From contig JBNKBE010000021.1 in NCBI GenBank assembly GCA_050287085.1, positions 44,602 to 108,601 on the forward strand: a DNA stretch of 64,000 bases. Direction: 5' to 3'. Positions 28,669 to 37,464 of the stretch are shown one piece after another; position 1 is the first letter of the stretch; every line of letters begins with the position of its first letter. The notes beneath the pieces were generated by a model, which saw nothing but the letters and a program-made list of their open reading frames with translations, was not told where the DNA came from and made no database searches. A program made the translations under genes and the position numbers. Origin of the DNA: Polyangiaceae bacterium (lineage in GTDB: Bacteria; Myxococcota_A; Polyangia; Polyangiales; Polyangiaceae).

Positions 28669-29145
28669 ATGAGGATCGAGACAAGTCGTTTTGGTGTGAT
28701 CGAGGCGGCCCCCGAGGAGCTGATCGAGTTTTCGCGCGGGATCGTGGGCTTCCCCCACGACAAGCAGTACGTGCTCATTCCCCATGCGACGTCTTCGATT
28801 GTCGCCTGGCTTCAGTCCGCGAAGACGCCGAGTCTGGCGTTTCCGGTGGTCTCTGCACACGGGTTGGTCGAAGAATACCCCGACGTAGACCTGGCACCCC
28901 TGGCTCGCCGAGCCGATCTCGGAGAGCGCTTCGACGACCTTGCCATTCTGGCTGTTCTCTCCGCGCCTCGGAATCAACCGGCCACGGTCAACCTAATGGC
29001 GCCGATTGTTGTCAACGCACACACGCGTCAGGGCGCTCAGATATTTCTTGAGGGGTCGCGATATTCCACGCGCGAGCTATTCGTGATCCCACCACGTCCC
29101 GACGAGAACGGTGGGGACAAGCCGCTAGAGGCTCGCGTCGGATAG
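28669..29145 (+). CDS. fliW: Flagellar assembly factor and CsrA antagonist
   Basis: MRIETSRFG, GIVGF, WLQS, TVNLMAPIVVN. Confidence 0.93.
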   Translation: MRIETSRFGVIEAAPEELIEFSRGIVGFPHDKQYVLIPHATSSIVAWLQSAKTPSLAFPVVSAHGLVEEYPDVDLAPLARRADLGERFDDLAILAVLSAPRNQPATVNLMAPIVVNAHTRQGAQIFLEGSRYSTRELFVIPPRPDENGGDKPLEARVG

Positions 29146-29298
29146 GCGCGTCCAGCCGGCACATTGCCGCGTGAGCCCAGCCCTATCCCTCGCGGATTGG
29201 GTCGTCTCCGACGCCCGCGCTCCATGATAAGCGCGTCGCCGCGTCGTCGTGCGGCTTCCAAGTTGCTCACCATTCGTCTTCGCGCTAACAGCGAGGGC

Positions 29299-29775
29299 GT
29301 GACGGTCTATATCACCGAACAAGGCGCTCGTCGCCTCGCCGAAGAACTGTCCCGTCTTACGACGGAACAGCGACCCCGAGTGGTCGCGGAGGTCGCGACG
29401 GCTGCCGCGATGGGGGACCGTTCAGAAAACGCCGAGTACATCTACGGCAAGAAGCGTCTGCGCGAGATCGATCGACGGATCGGCTACATCACGCGACGTC
29501 TAGACGAGGCAAGCGTGGTGCGCGTGTCAGACCTGCCACAGGACTCCACTCGTATCTTCTTTGGCGCGACCGTCGAGGTAGAAGACGAGGTCGGGCACGT
29601 TCGACGCTACCGTCTCGTCGGGCCGGACGAGACGCAACCAGAGTCCGGGGACATCAGTTATCAATCACCTCTAGGCCGCGCTCTGATGGGGCAGCGTGTA
29701 GGGCAGACCGCCGTGGTTCACAGACCCGCTGGCGATCTGGAGTTGACCGTGGTGGCGATCGGCTACGGTCGTTGA
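29299..29775 (+). CDS. greB: Transcription elongation factor
   Basis: YITEQG...AAAMGDRSENAEYIYGKKRLREIDRR, ISYQSPLGRAL. Confidence 0.93.
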   Translation: MTVYITEQGARRLAEELSRLTTEQRPRVVAEVATAAAMGDRSENAEYIYGKKRLREIDRRIGYITRRLDEASVVRVSDLPQDSTRIFFGATVEVEDEVGHVRRYRLVGPDETQPESGDISYQSPLGRALMGQRVGQTAVVHRPAGDLELTVVAIGYGR

Positions 29776-29778
29776 CCC

Positions 29779-30636
29779 TCAGCTTCTCGGGGGCGGGCGC
29801 ACGCTTTCGGGCACAAATAGGTCCGTCGCGAGGTCCGGCTCTGGGGCGAGGGAGTAGCCGCTGAAGTCCGTTGTCCCGACTCCTCGCAGCACGTCTTCGT
29901 CGAACAGGCACTGACCGGTCATCAAGAGCTGCTCCGTTGTGACTATCGCGTGGGCGGCGTCGGCCATGATGCGCGGGCTCCGGCTTCGAGACGGCAGCGT
30001 GTCGTCACCCAGCAACCGAAGTGCTGCGGTATCGATGGTGGTGACGGGCCACAGGCTGTTGACCGCGATTCCGTAGGGGCGCAGCTCAGCGGCGAAGCCG
30101 ATGGTGCACAGGCTCATTCCGTATTTGGAGAGTGTGTACCCCACGTGAGGCCCGATCCAGTCGGGGCGCAGAGCGGGTGGCGGCGAAAGGGTGAGGATGT
30201 GAGGATTCGGCGCCTGCTTGAGGTAGGGTAGCGCGGTCTTCACGCACAAGAAGGTGGCGCGAGTGTTGACCTGATGCATCAAGTCGAAACGTGCCATCGA
30301 CAGCTCGGACGTCGGCGCAAGGGCGATCGCGCTTGCGTTGTTGACGACGATGTCGATGCCGCCGAAGCGATCGACAGTGGCTTGGACGGCTTGGGCCACG
30401 GCCTCGTCGGAGCGAACGTCTGCGACGCACGCCAAGGCCTCGCCTCCAGCTGAGCGGACCGCTTCGGCCGTCGAGAAGACGGTTTCTGGCAATGTCGGAT
30501 GCGCTTCGGCGGTCTTGCCTATGATTGCGACCCTAGCCCCATCCTCGGCGGCGCGCAGAGCGATGGCGCGGCCGATGCCTCGCGTTGCGCCGGTGATGAA
30601 GAGCGTCTTTCCCGCCAAGCTGGCTCGTGATGTCAT
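29779..30636 (-). CDS. Short-chain dehydrogenase (HSDL2-like)
   Basis: TGATRGIG, NNASAI, YTLSK. Confidence 0.9.
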   Translation of the reverse strand: MTSRASLAGKTLFITGATRGIGRAIALRAAEDGARVAIIGKTAEAHPTLPETVFSTAEAVRSAGGEALACVADVRSDEAVAQAVQATVDRFGGIDIVVNNASAIALAPTSELSMARFDLMHQVNTRATFLCVKTALPYLKQAPNPHILTLSPPPALRPDWIGPHVGYTLSKYGMSLCTIGFAAELRPYGIAVNSLWPVTTIDTAALRLLGDDTLPSRSRSPRIMADAAHAIVTTEQLLMTGQCLFDEDVLRGVGTTDFSGYSLAPEPDLATDLFVPESVRPPPRS

Positions 30637-32507
30637 TTCTTTCGCCTCTTCTTCTTGGGTTCTGTTTCTGCGGCTTTGCCCCCACCGCTCAGCGTGATCT
30701 TGAGTGTTTGACCGATTCGGATGGGCTTCTTTCTCGAGATGGCGTTCTCTCTGGTCAGCTGGGCTACGCTGACGCCGTGCTTCTTGGCAATGCCTATCAG
30801 CGTGTCGCCCTTCTTGACCGTATAGGTCTTGACGGTCAGACGCTTTTCTTTCGGACCCAGGGTTACGAAGAGCTTCTGCCCCGGGAGGATAGGTTTACCC
30901 GGACGTAAGCGATTGGCACGCACAATCGCGGCTACCGAAGACGCGTACCGTTGCGCGATGACTGAGAGATTCTCTCCAGACTTGACGGTATGAATCTGGG
31001 TTACCACGGTTGGGCCGAGGTCGCGAGCCCAGCCTGGCGGATATACCTCCACGACCGTGCGGCGATCGCCGCTTATGTAAAGAGAGACGGCGCGCTGGAC
31101 CTCTGCGACGGAGACGTCGCGATAGGCCGCCGGTTCATCCAACACCTCGTTGGCGTGGTTCCACAACAATTCGCGATCCGCAAGCAGCCGGGCTCGTTCC
31201 TCGGAGAGCTGCAAGCGCTCGAGCCAGCGGCGGGCGAGGCGCGCCTTTGCCCTGCTCAATTCATCGGGTCGGGGGCCCCGCTCCCGCAATAGGGTGAGTT
31301 GCTCGTCGAGCCAGTGTTGATTGTTGTCCACGTTTGACAGCGACGAGACGTCGGTTCGTATGCCGAGCAGCGAGACGCCACGCCGTCGATCCAGCCAACC
31401 ACCAACCGCTCGGGCACTTGCCTTGTCGAGCACCTGCGTTTGCACGAGGCGACTTGTGTTCCCTCCGACTAGGATCTCGAGAGCCACCTCCAGGACTCGA
31501 TGCATCCGTGTTCCGAACGGGGGGACCAGCCAGCCCTCGAATACCGCGGGTTGGCGTGCGCGCGGGTCTTCCATCACATTGAGTCGTTCGGTTGTTTGAC
31601 GAGGAAAGTCTGTGGGAACCTCGCGGGCGACGAGCGGGCGGGGAGGGCGTGCGGGACCGAAGTAGCGCTCGATCCAATCGCGCGCTGAGACCGGATCAAA
31701 GGTCCCGGAAATCGCCAGCACGGCCCGGTCGGGCCCATAGTGCTCCGCGTGGAAGCGTTGCACGTCGGCGAAGCGGAGCCGCTCCACGTCTTCCACGTAG
31801 CCGATCGTCGGGTGCTGGTATGCGAAAGCGCCAAGGTAGGCGATTTCACTCAGGCGCTGGGGGCCGAGCCCGTAGCCGCTGTTTGCGTAGCGCTTGCGAT
31901 ATTCCTCGAGCACGACTTGGCGCTGGTTTTCGAACTTTTCTGGACTGAGCGCCAAGTGGCGCATTCGCTCCGCTTCCATCCACAATACGGGCTCCAGCGC
32001 TTGCGCTGGGACGGTCGAAAAGAACTGGGCTCTGTCCTTGTTGGTCAATCCGTTGGCGCGTCCTCCAAGCGCTGCGATGCGGAGCTGGTGTTCGCCTGAG
32101 TCCAGGTTCAGGCTGCCCTCGAACATCAGGTGTTCCAAGAGGTGGGCGAGCCCGCTCTGACCCAGGGACTCCTCGCTGGAGCCTGCTCGATAGCTGAGAC
32201 ATACCGAAACGAGCGGGACGTCCTGCCGCACATCGAGGACCACCCGGAGCCCGTTGGCGAGTTGGTAGACGATAACTCGGGGTTCGGCTGCTGCGTCGCT
32301 TTCCGCCGCCGGGGCCCCCGTTGCCCCCGCTGGCGGAAGCAGCAAGGCAAGAGCGCACAGAACACCGGCGAAACGGACGCCGAGCTTCCTTCGCGGACGT
32401 GTTGGAGTTGGACTGGTCGCTATCGGGCTGACGCAAGCGGGGCGCGATGGCGTGGACGCAGTCGATGGCTGAAGGCGCGCTGCCGCGGGCAAGAAGAGAG
32501 GAGGCAT
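30633..32507 (-). CDS. Exported M16 (insulinase) zinc peptidase with two C-terminal LysM domains
   Basis: SGLAHLLEHLMFEGS (HXXEH), VVLEE; HTVKSGENLSVIA and YTVKKGDTLIGIA LysM repeats; start uncertain. Confidence 0.88.
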   Translation of the reverse strand: MPPLFLPAAARLQPSTASTPSRPACVSPIATSPTPTRPRRKLGVRFAGVLCALALLLPPAGATGAPAAESDAAAEPRVIVYQLANGLRVVLDVRQDVPLVSVCLSYRAGSSEESLGQSGLAHLLEHLMFEGSLNLDSGEHQLRIAALGGRANGLTNKDRAQFFSTVPAQALEPVLWMEAERMRHLALSPEKFENQRQVVLEEYRKRYANSGYGLGPQRLSEIAYLGAFAYQHPTIGYVEDVERLRFADVQRFHAEHYGPDRAVLAISGTFDPVSARDWIERYFGPARPPRPLVAREVPTDFPRQTTERLNVMEDPRARQPAVFEGWLVPPFGTRMHRVLEVALEILVGGNTSRLVQTQVLDKASARAVGGWLDRRRGVSLLGIRTDVSSLSNVDNNQHWLDEQLTLLRERGPRPDELSRAKARLARRWLERLQLSEERARLLADRELLWNHANEVLDEPAAYRDVSVAEVQRAVSLYISGDRRTVVEVYPPGWARDLGPTVVTQIHTVKSGENLSVIAQRYASSVAAIVRANRLRPGKPILPGQKLFVTLGPKEKRLTVKTYTVKKGDTLIGIAKKHGVSVAQLTRENAISRKKPIRIGQTLKITLSGGGKAAETEPKKKRRKK

Positions 32508-32702
32508 TCTCCGGTACACTCTGATCCTATTCCTACTTTCTTTGCATCTGAGGAAGTGTGACCCGCCTCCAACCCACGTTGATCGATGTGCCAGGCCGGT
32601 GATGCGTGAACGAGCACCCTCGGCCGGTTGTTCGCTGCGCAAGGCGCGGATGCCTCGCGCCTCGCCTGGTGCTTTGTGGTTGGGCGTGGAACATTGGCGT
32701 CT

Positions 32703-33167
32703 GTGGCCAGTCAGGACAAGTCTCCCCGCGCATCGCGGGCTACCCTACACCACTACATGATGCCCGAACACGCAAACCCACGCGGCAGTGTTCACGGTGG
32801 GCTGATCATGAAGATGATGGACGAAGCCGGAGCGATTGCCGCCATGCGTCACGCTCAGCGACCTGTCGTGACTATTGCGGTGGATTCGATGACTTTCAAG
32901 TCGCCGGTGTACGTGGGTCAACTGCTGTGCATGAACGCCAGCGTGCAATACGTGGGACACACCAGTCTTGAGGTGGAGGTGTTGGTCACCGCCGAAGATC
33001 CGGTGAGCGGCAATACAACCCACACGAACTCGGCGTACCTCGTTTACGTGGCGTTGGACGATGAGGGCCGACCGTGTTCGGTGCCTCAGCTTGCGCTTGA
33101 AAGTGATGACGATCGCCGTCGTTTTGAGTCGGGCAAGTCGCGTCAGCATCGACGCATCGCGGGCTGA
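32703..33167 (+). CDS. Acyl-CoA thioesterase (hotdog fold, YciA-like)
   Basis: PEHANPRGSVHGG, MDE, VGHTSLEV, YVALD. Confidence 0.9.
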   Translation: MASQDKSPRASRATLHHYMMPEHANPRGSVHGGLIMKMMDEAGAIAAMRHAQRPVVTIAVDSMTFKSPVYVGQLLCMNASVQYVGHTSLEVEVLVTAEDPVSGNTTHTNSAYLVYVALDDEGRPCSVPQLALESDDDRRRFESGKSRQHRRIAG

Positions 33168-33196
33168 CCGACTTTCGGGTGGGGCTGCCTACCGTG

Positions 33197-34345
33197 TCAG
33201 GTGGCGGCCGTCTCGGTGCGAGGCACTTCGGCGCGCGGCGGTGGCTGCAGAGTCGCGAATTCAGCCGCAAAGGGGAGCAGCAGGGTTTGGCGCCAGCCTT
33301 CGAGCAGAGAGGGCAGCTCGGCGTCTTCTTGCAGCAGGCGCTCCTTCCAGTCTTTCATGATGCGCGCCGGCATTGCCAGTTCTGGCGCAACGCAAGCCCG
33401 CGCGCAGACCTCTGCCCGAAACCAAGCTAGCCAGCCCTCGATGCGGATTTCTTCAAACGTCGCGTAGGGCGCCGGCTCGATTGCCTCAAAGTCCTCTTGG
33501 CGCGCCGTGGAGACGGCCGTGCGCAGCCCGCGCATCCACTGATCGCCGTAGGCGTCCACAGCGTGCGGGGGCAAGCCCTTGATACGGCTCAGATCTTTGG
33601 GCGTTCTTGGCAGACGACTGGCCAAGGCCGTGAGTGTCTTTAGGGCTGGCGCCCGCTGTCGTTCCCATTCCGGAAGGGCGTTGTACCAGTTCATCAAGAA
33701 GCGCAGCGCTGCTTGATGAGGAGGTTGCAGCTGCCAGGCATGCCTAAAGGAATCGAGCGTCAGCGGTGGTGCCTTTTCTGGCTTGGGCCATAGCGACTCC
33801 ATGCAGACTTCGTGAACGCAATCGAGACGCCCCAATTCGGAGAGTCGTTGTCGCAGCTGTTGCGCTAGGCGCGGGAGGTGCGCCACGTCATCAGCGGCAT
33901 ACTTGAGCTGAGACGCAGGCAGCGGGCGCCGCTGCCAGTCGTCGGTCTGGTGGCTCTTCATCGTGCGCAGGCCCAGTACGCGATATAAGAGGTAGGCGAG
34001 CGAAACGTTGGCCTCGGCGCCCTGCAATGCCCAGGCGATCTGAGTGTCGAAGAGGCGAGGGGGGCGCGGCAGTCGCATCGCCTCGAGCAGCAGCGTCACG
34101 TCGTGCATGCCAGCATGCAGGACCCAGGTGACATCCTCACGGCCTATTACGGGCGCCAGTTGTCGTAGATCGGGCAGCGCCAGGGCATCGATCAGATAGG
34201 TCTCGTCGGTGGCGACGAGCTGGAGCAAACACAAGGTGGTGCCGCGCCGGTTCGACTCGAACTCAGTATCGATGAAGAACTCACCCGCGCCGGCTAGCTC
34301 CGTTGCTGCAGCCGTGAGTTCCGCTTCTGTTTCAATCCATTTCAC
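33197..34345 (-). CDS. rnd: Ribonuclease D
   Basis: IDTEF, LCLLQL, LFDTQIA, DWQRRPL..QLKYAADDV, HRDC-like region. Confidence 0.88.
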   Translation of the reverse strand: MKWIETEAELTAAATELAGAGEFFIDTEFESNRRGTTLCLLQLVATDETYLIDALALPDLRQLAPVIGREDVTWVLHAGMHDVTLLLEAMRLPRPPRLFDTQIAWALQGAEANVSLAYLLYRVLGLRTMKSHQTDDWQRRPLPASQLKYAADDVAHLPRLAQQLRQRLSELGRLDCVHEVCMESLWPKPEKAPPLTLDSFRHAWQLQPPHQAALRFLMNWYNALPEWERQRAPALKTLTALASRLPRTPKDLSRIKGLPPHAVDAYGDQWMRGLRTAVSTARQEDFEAIEPAPYATFEEIRIEGWLAWFRAEVCARACVAPELAMPARIMKDWKERLLQEDAELPSLLEGWRQTLLLPFAAEFATLQPPPRAEVPRTETAAT

Positions 34346-34478
34346 CCGAGAGGGTCTACACTAGCGTGCCGGGTCAAGCACCCCCGGCCTCGCCTTTTTT
34401 CCGCCAGGAGGCTGAGCTCCCATCCGCGGGCCCCAAGTTGCGAAGCCGCTTCGGTGTCGACGGCACCCGGGTCGCGGG

Positions 34479-35993
34479 TCAGCGTTTGCCGTACTTCTTG
34501 AGCTTGCGGTAGAGCGTGGTGCGACCGATGCCCAGTTCCCGCATGGCCTGGGTCACGTTCTCACCTGTCCTCTGAAGTGTTGCCTCAATCGCGCAACGCT
34601 CGAGATCACGAATCTTCATGGGCTTCTGCGCTAGCATTTCGAATAATACGTGTTGCCGCTGAGCCGCCGAGTCGGGCGCGCGCGACAACGGCTCACCGAG
34701 CTCTGCGCCAACCAGCGCCGGACCCTGCACGATGGCGGGTAAGTCGCTGATGTTGAGCACGGTACCTTGGGCTGCGGCGATGGCGGTCTGCAGAATCTCG
34801 CGCAGTTCACTCACGTTGCGGCGGTATGGGTGTCGTTCGAGCGCAGAGGCAGCCGCTTTGCTCAGCGTCAATCGCGGCTTACCCTGTTCACGGGCCAAGG
34901 TTTCAAGCAGCGCGGAGGCGATGACGGGGATGTCTATTGGACGCGCTCGCAAAGGTAGGAGCGTGAGATGCGAGTGCGCGATGTGCTGCATCAACTCGGG
35001 CCGAAATAGCCCGCGGGAAACGGCTTCACTGAGTTCCGTCTGCGTAGAAGCGATCAGTCGAAAGTCACTTCCTTGCTGGGACGTCAACGCGGCTAGCAGT
35101 TGTTCTTGGAGCGTAGGACTGAGCGAATCGATATTGGCGAGATAGAGGGTACCGCGATCGGCATCATCGATTGCGCCACTAGGTCGGAGCGAGGGGCTGG
35201 CGTGGGCGTTGACAAAGGCGTCTGCGCTGAAAGCCGTGTCACTCAGACGCTCGCAGTTGAGCGCAATGAAGGGACCGCGAGCGCGCGCGCTGTGGTCGTG
35301 AATGGCTCGCGCGGCGAGCGACTTTCCCGTTCCTGCTTCTCCTTCGAGCAGGACGTGTACGTCGGCCGCCGCAAAGGCCTGGACCTTTCGGAAGACACGC
35401 CGGGCCATCGGGGAGGTCCCCGCGATGCCCGCGAATCCGCGTCCGGACGCTTCTACTTCCAGGTGATTGATACGCTTCAGCATGCGGTGATGGGCCACGG
35501 CATGAGCGATGGCCACCATCAATGCCTCGGCGCCCGCCTCTTCGGGGACAGCCGCGTAGAAGCCCAGGCGGATGGGGCCGAGTCCAGGATTGGGATTGGC
35601 GGCTACCAGCACGAGTGGAACCGTTGTGTGCCGGCCTCGGATGATGCGCACCACCTGATCGAGTTGGCCCACGGCGCGTTCGTGAATACAGATGACGTCC
35701 GGTTGCTGATACTTGAGGTGCAGACACAGGCCCGCCAGCGTGTGACAGTCGCCCAGCGCGTGACCGGCGAGCTGCAAGGCGCGGATGGCCGCGGTAGCTT
35801 GTCCGCCCGCCACAAGTAACACGCGCCCCGGTGCGTTGCTGGAAGGAGGCAGGGTGTGGGCTTCGTCCCCCCCGGGACCGTGAAACCCGTGACTTCCGTA
35901 GGCCTGGCCCGATGTGTTGTCTGAGGTCGCGCTCATTTCGGTGGCGCCGCGGAGGTCGTTCATCAGATTGCGCATTCCGTTCATAGTATTCAC
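34479..35993 (-). CDS. NtrC-like regulator with degenerate receiver and AAA+ motifs and a Fis HTH
   Basis: GEAGTGKS, GPFIALNC, NVSEL, LGIGRTTLYRKL are present; GAFTGA and Walker B DE are absent; start uncertain. Confidence 0.85.
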   Translation of the reverse strand: MNTMNGMRNLMNDLRGATEMSATSDNTSGQAYGSHGFHGPGGDEAHTLPPSSNAPGRVLLVAGGQATAAIRALQLAGHALGDCHTLAGLCLHLKYQQPDVICIHERAVGQLDQVVRIIRGRHTTVPLVLVAANPNPGLGPIRLGFYAAVPEEAGAEALMVAIAHAVAHHRMLKRINHLEVEASGRGFAGIAGTSPMARRVFRKVQAFAAADVHVLLEGEAGTGKSLAARAIHDHSARARGPFIALNCERLSDTAFSADAFVNAHASPSLRPSGAIDDADRGTLYLANIDSLSPTLQEQLLAALTSQQGSDFRLIASTQTELSEAVSRGLFRPELMQHIAHSHLTLLPLRARPIDIPVIASALLETLAREQGKPRLTLSKAAASALERHPYRRNVSELREILQTAIAAAQGTVLNISDLPAIVQGPALVGAELGEPLSRAPDSAAQRQHVLFEMLAQKPMKIRDLERCAIEATLQRTGENVTQAMRELGIGRTTLYRKLKKYGKR

Positions 35994-36272
35994 TCGGGTT
36001 GGGGGGCTGGTGTCGGCTCGCAGCGGGGGCTCGGCTGCGATTCAGCCGCCGACAGGGGGAGGTAAAAGCGAACCAGCTGGCCGGGTGTGTGCTCCCGGCT
36101 TCGTTGCCGCAGTTCGCCGGCCCGAAGCCGTGGCCGCAGAGCCTGCGCTTCAGCATCCCCGTGGATTTCAGGCCTAGCGTAGCACGGCACTGGGCTGCAC
36201 TTGGGCGCCGGACCCGACGGCGCCGGATTCAGTCGGAGCGCAGAGTGGCAGGGCTCTAGCCGGTATTGGTAG

Positions 36273-36362
36273 CCCAGCACCGCGCTGCGACCCGGCACCG
36301 CGCTGCGACCCGGCACCGCGCTGCGACCTAGAGCTGCGCTGCGACCCAAAACTGCGCTGTAT
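36273..36362. repeat. 18-bp tandem repeat, about 5 units
   Basis: CCCGGCACCGCGCTGCGA twice exactly, plus three diverged copies. Confidence 0.85.
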
Positions 36363-36745
36363 CCCTGTGCTGCCCTGCCACGCCAAGCAGCGTTGCTGGG
36401 TCCAGGCGGTGCCTTTTGGCGGGTTAGGCTTGGGCAGAAAGGTTGTTTCATGGGCGGCTGCGGCGGTCAGACCAGGGGACCGAAGCGATCCGGCCGACTG
36501 CCATTCGTTTCCATCCAGGATCGGTCTTTACCCGTACCGCTTTAGGAAGATCGCACCAAAAAAGCGCAGCGTTGTGTCACGGCCGGGCGGAGCAGCTGGG
36601 TAAGTCTAGCCCATTTGAGCCGCGTCGACCCGCAAAAGTGCTCCGCCAGCAGGACGACTGGTACAAATCCGACCAGAGCTGGCTCGTGCACCAGGGCGCG
36701 CCGTCGCGCTTGACATAAACCCCGTGGTGAGGGAGCCAAGCGACC

Positions 36746-37426
36746 GTGTCCGCGAGCTATTTCGACGTTGATGGCACGCTCGTTGCGAGCAACCTCATCG
36801 CTCCGACGTTCTTTTACATGGTCAACCAGGCCACGCCGCTGAAGGCGTTGGTACGCGTCGGACGTGGTGTGGTCAAAGCCCCCGCCATGGCCGTGGCGGA
36901 GCTGCTAGACCGCCGCACCTTCAACGAGCTGCTGTACAGCACCTATCAGGGCATGAGCGAGGACCGCTTGCTCCTGCTGGCCGACGAAGTGGTGGCCCGT
37001 TGTGTCGTCCCGCGCTTGTTTGCCGGGGCCCGCGACTTGCTCGATCGGAGCCGAGCCGCCGGGCACGAGATCGTGCTCGTCAGCGGGGTGCCCGACTTCA
37101 TCCTGGAGCGCGTGGCTGAAGCCTTAGGCGGCGCTACGGTGATCGCCAATCGCCTCGAGATGAAGAACGGCATAGCGACTGGCAAGTTGTTGAGTCCAGT
37201 TGTGGCCGGACCAGAAAAAGCTCGCCTCATCCGCGAGCATGCTCAGGGCCGCGGATTCGACCTCAGCGGTTGTTACGCCTTCAGTGATAGTTATTCGGAT
37301 GTTCCGATGCTCAGCGTCGTCGGGCATCCCGCCGCGGTCAATCCGGACTGGCGCTTGAAGCTGCTCGCTCGAGCGTACGCTTGGCCAACCATTCACCTTG
37401 CTCCGCCTGTGGACGCTGCCGGCTAG
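36746..37426 (+). CDS. HAD-IB family phosphatase (ether-lipid locus)
   Basis: FDVDGTL, LVSG, AFSDSYSDVPMLSVVGHPAAVNPD. Confidence 0.9.
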   Translation: MSASYFDVDGTLVASNLIAPTFFYMVNQATPLKALVRVGRGVVKAPAMAVAELLDRRTFNELLYSTYQGMSEDRLLLLADEVVARCVVPRLFAGARDLLDRSRAAGHEIVLVSGVPDFILERVAEALGGATVIANRLEMKNGIATGKLLSPVVAGPEKARLIREHAQGRGFDLSGCYAFSDSYSDVPMLSVVGHPAAVNPDWRLKLLARAYAWPTIHLAPPVDAAG

Positions 37427-37464
37427 CGCAGTGTTCCCAAGTCCGAGTCTTTCCGAGTTTGCCG

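Noticed and set aside
36273..36362. CRISPR array
   Set aside because: Contiguous 18-bp units with no unique spacers and no cas genes
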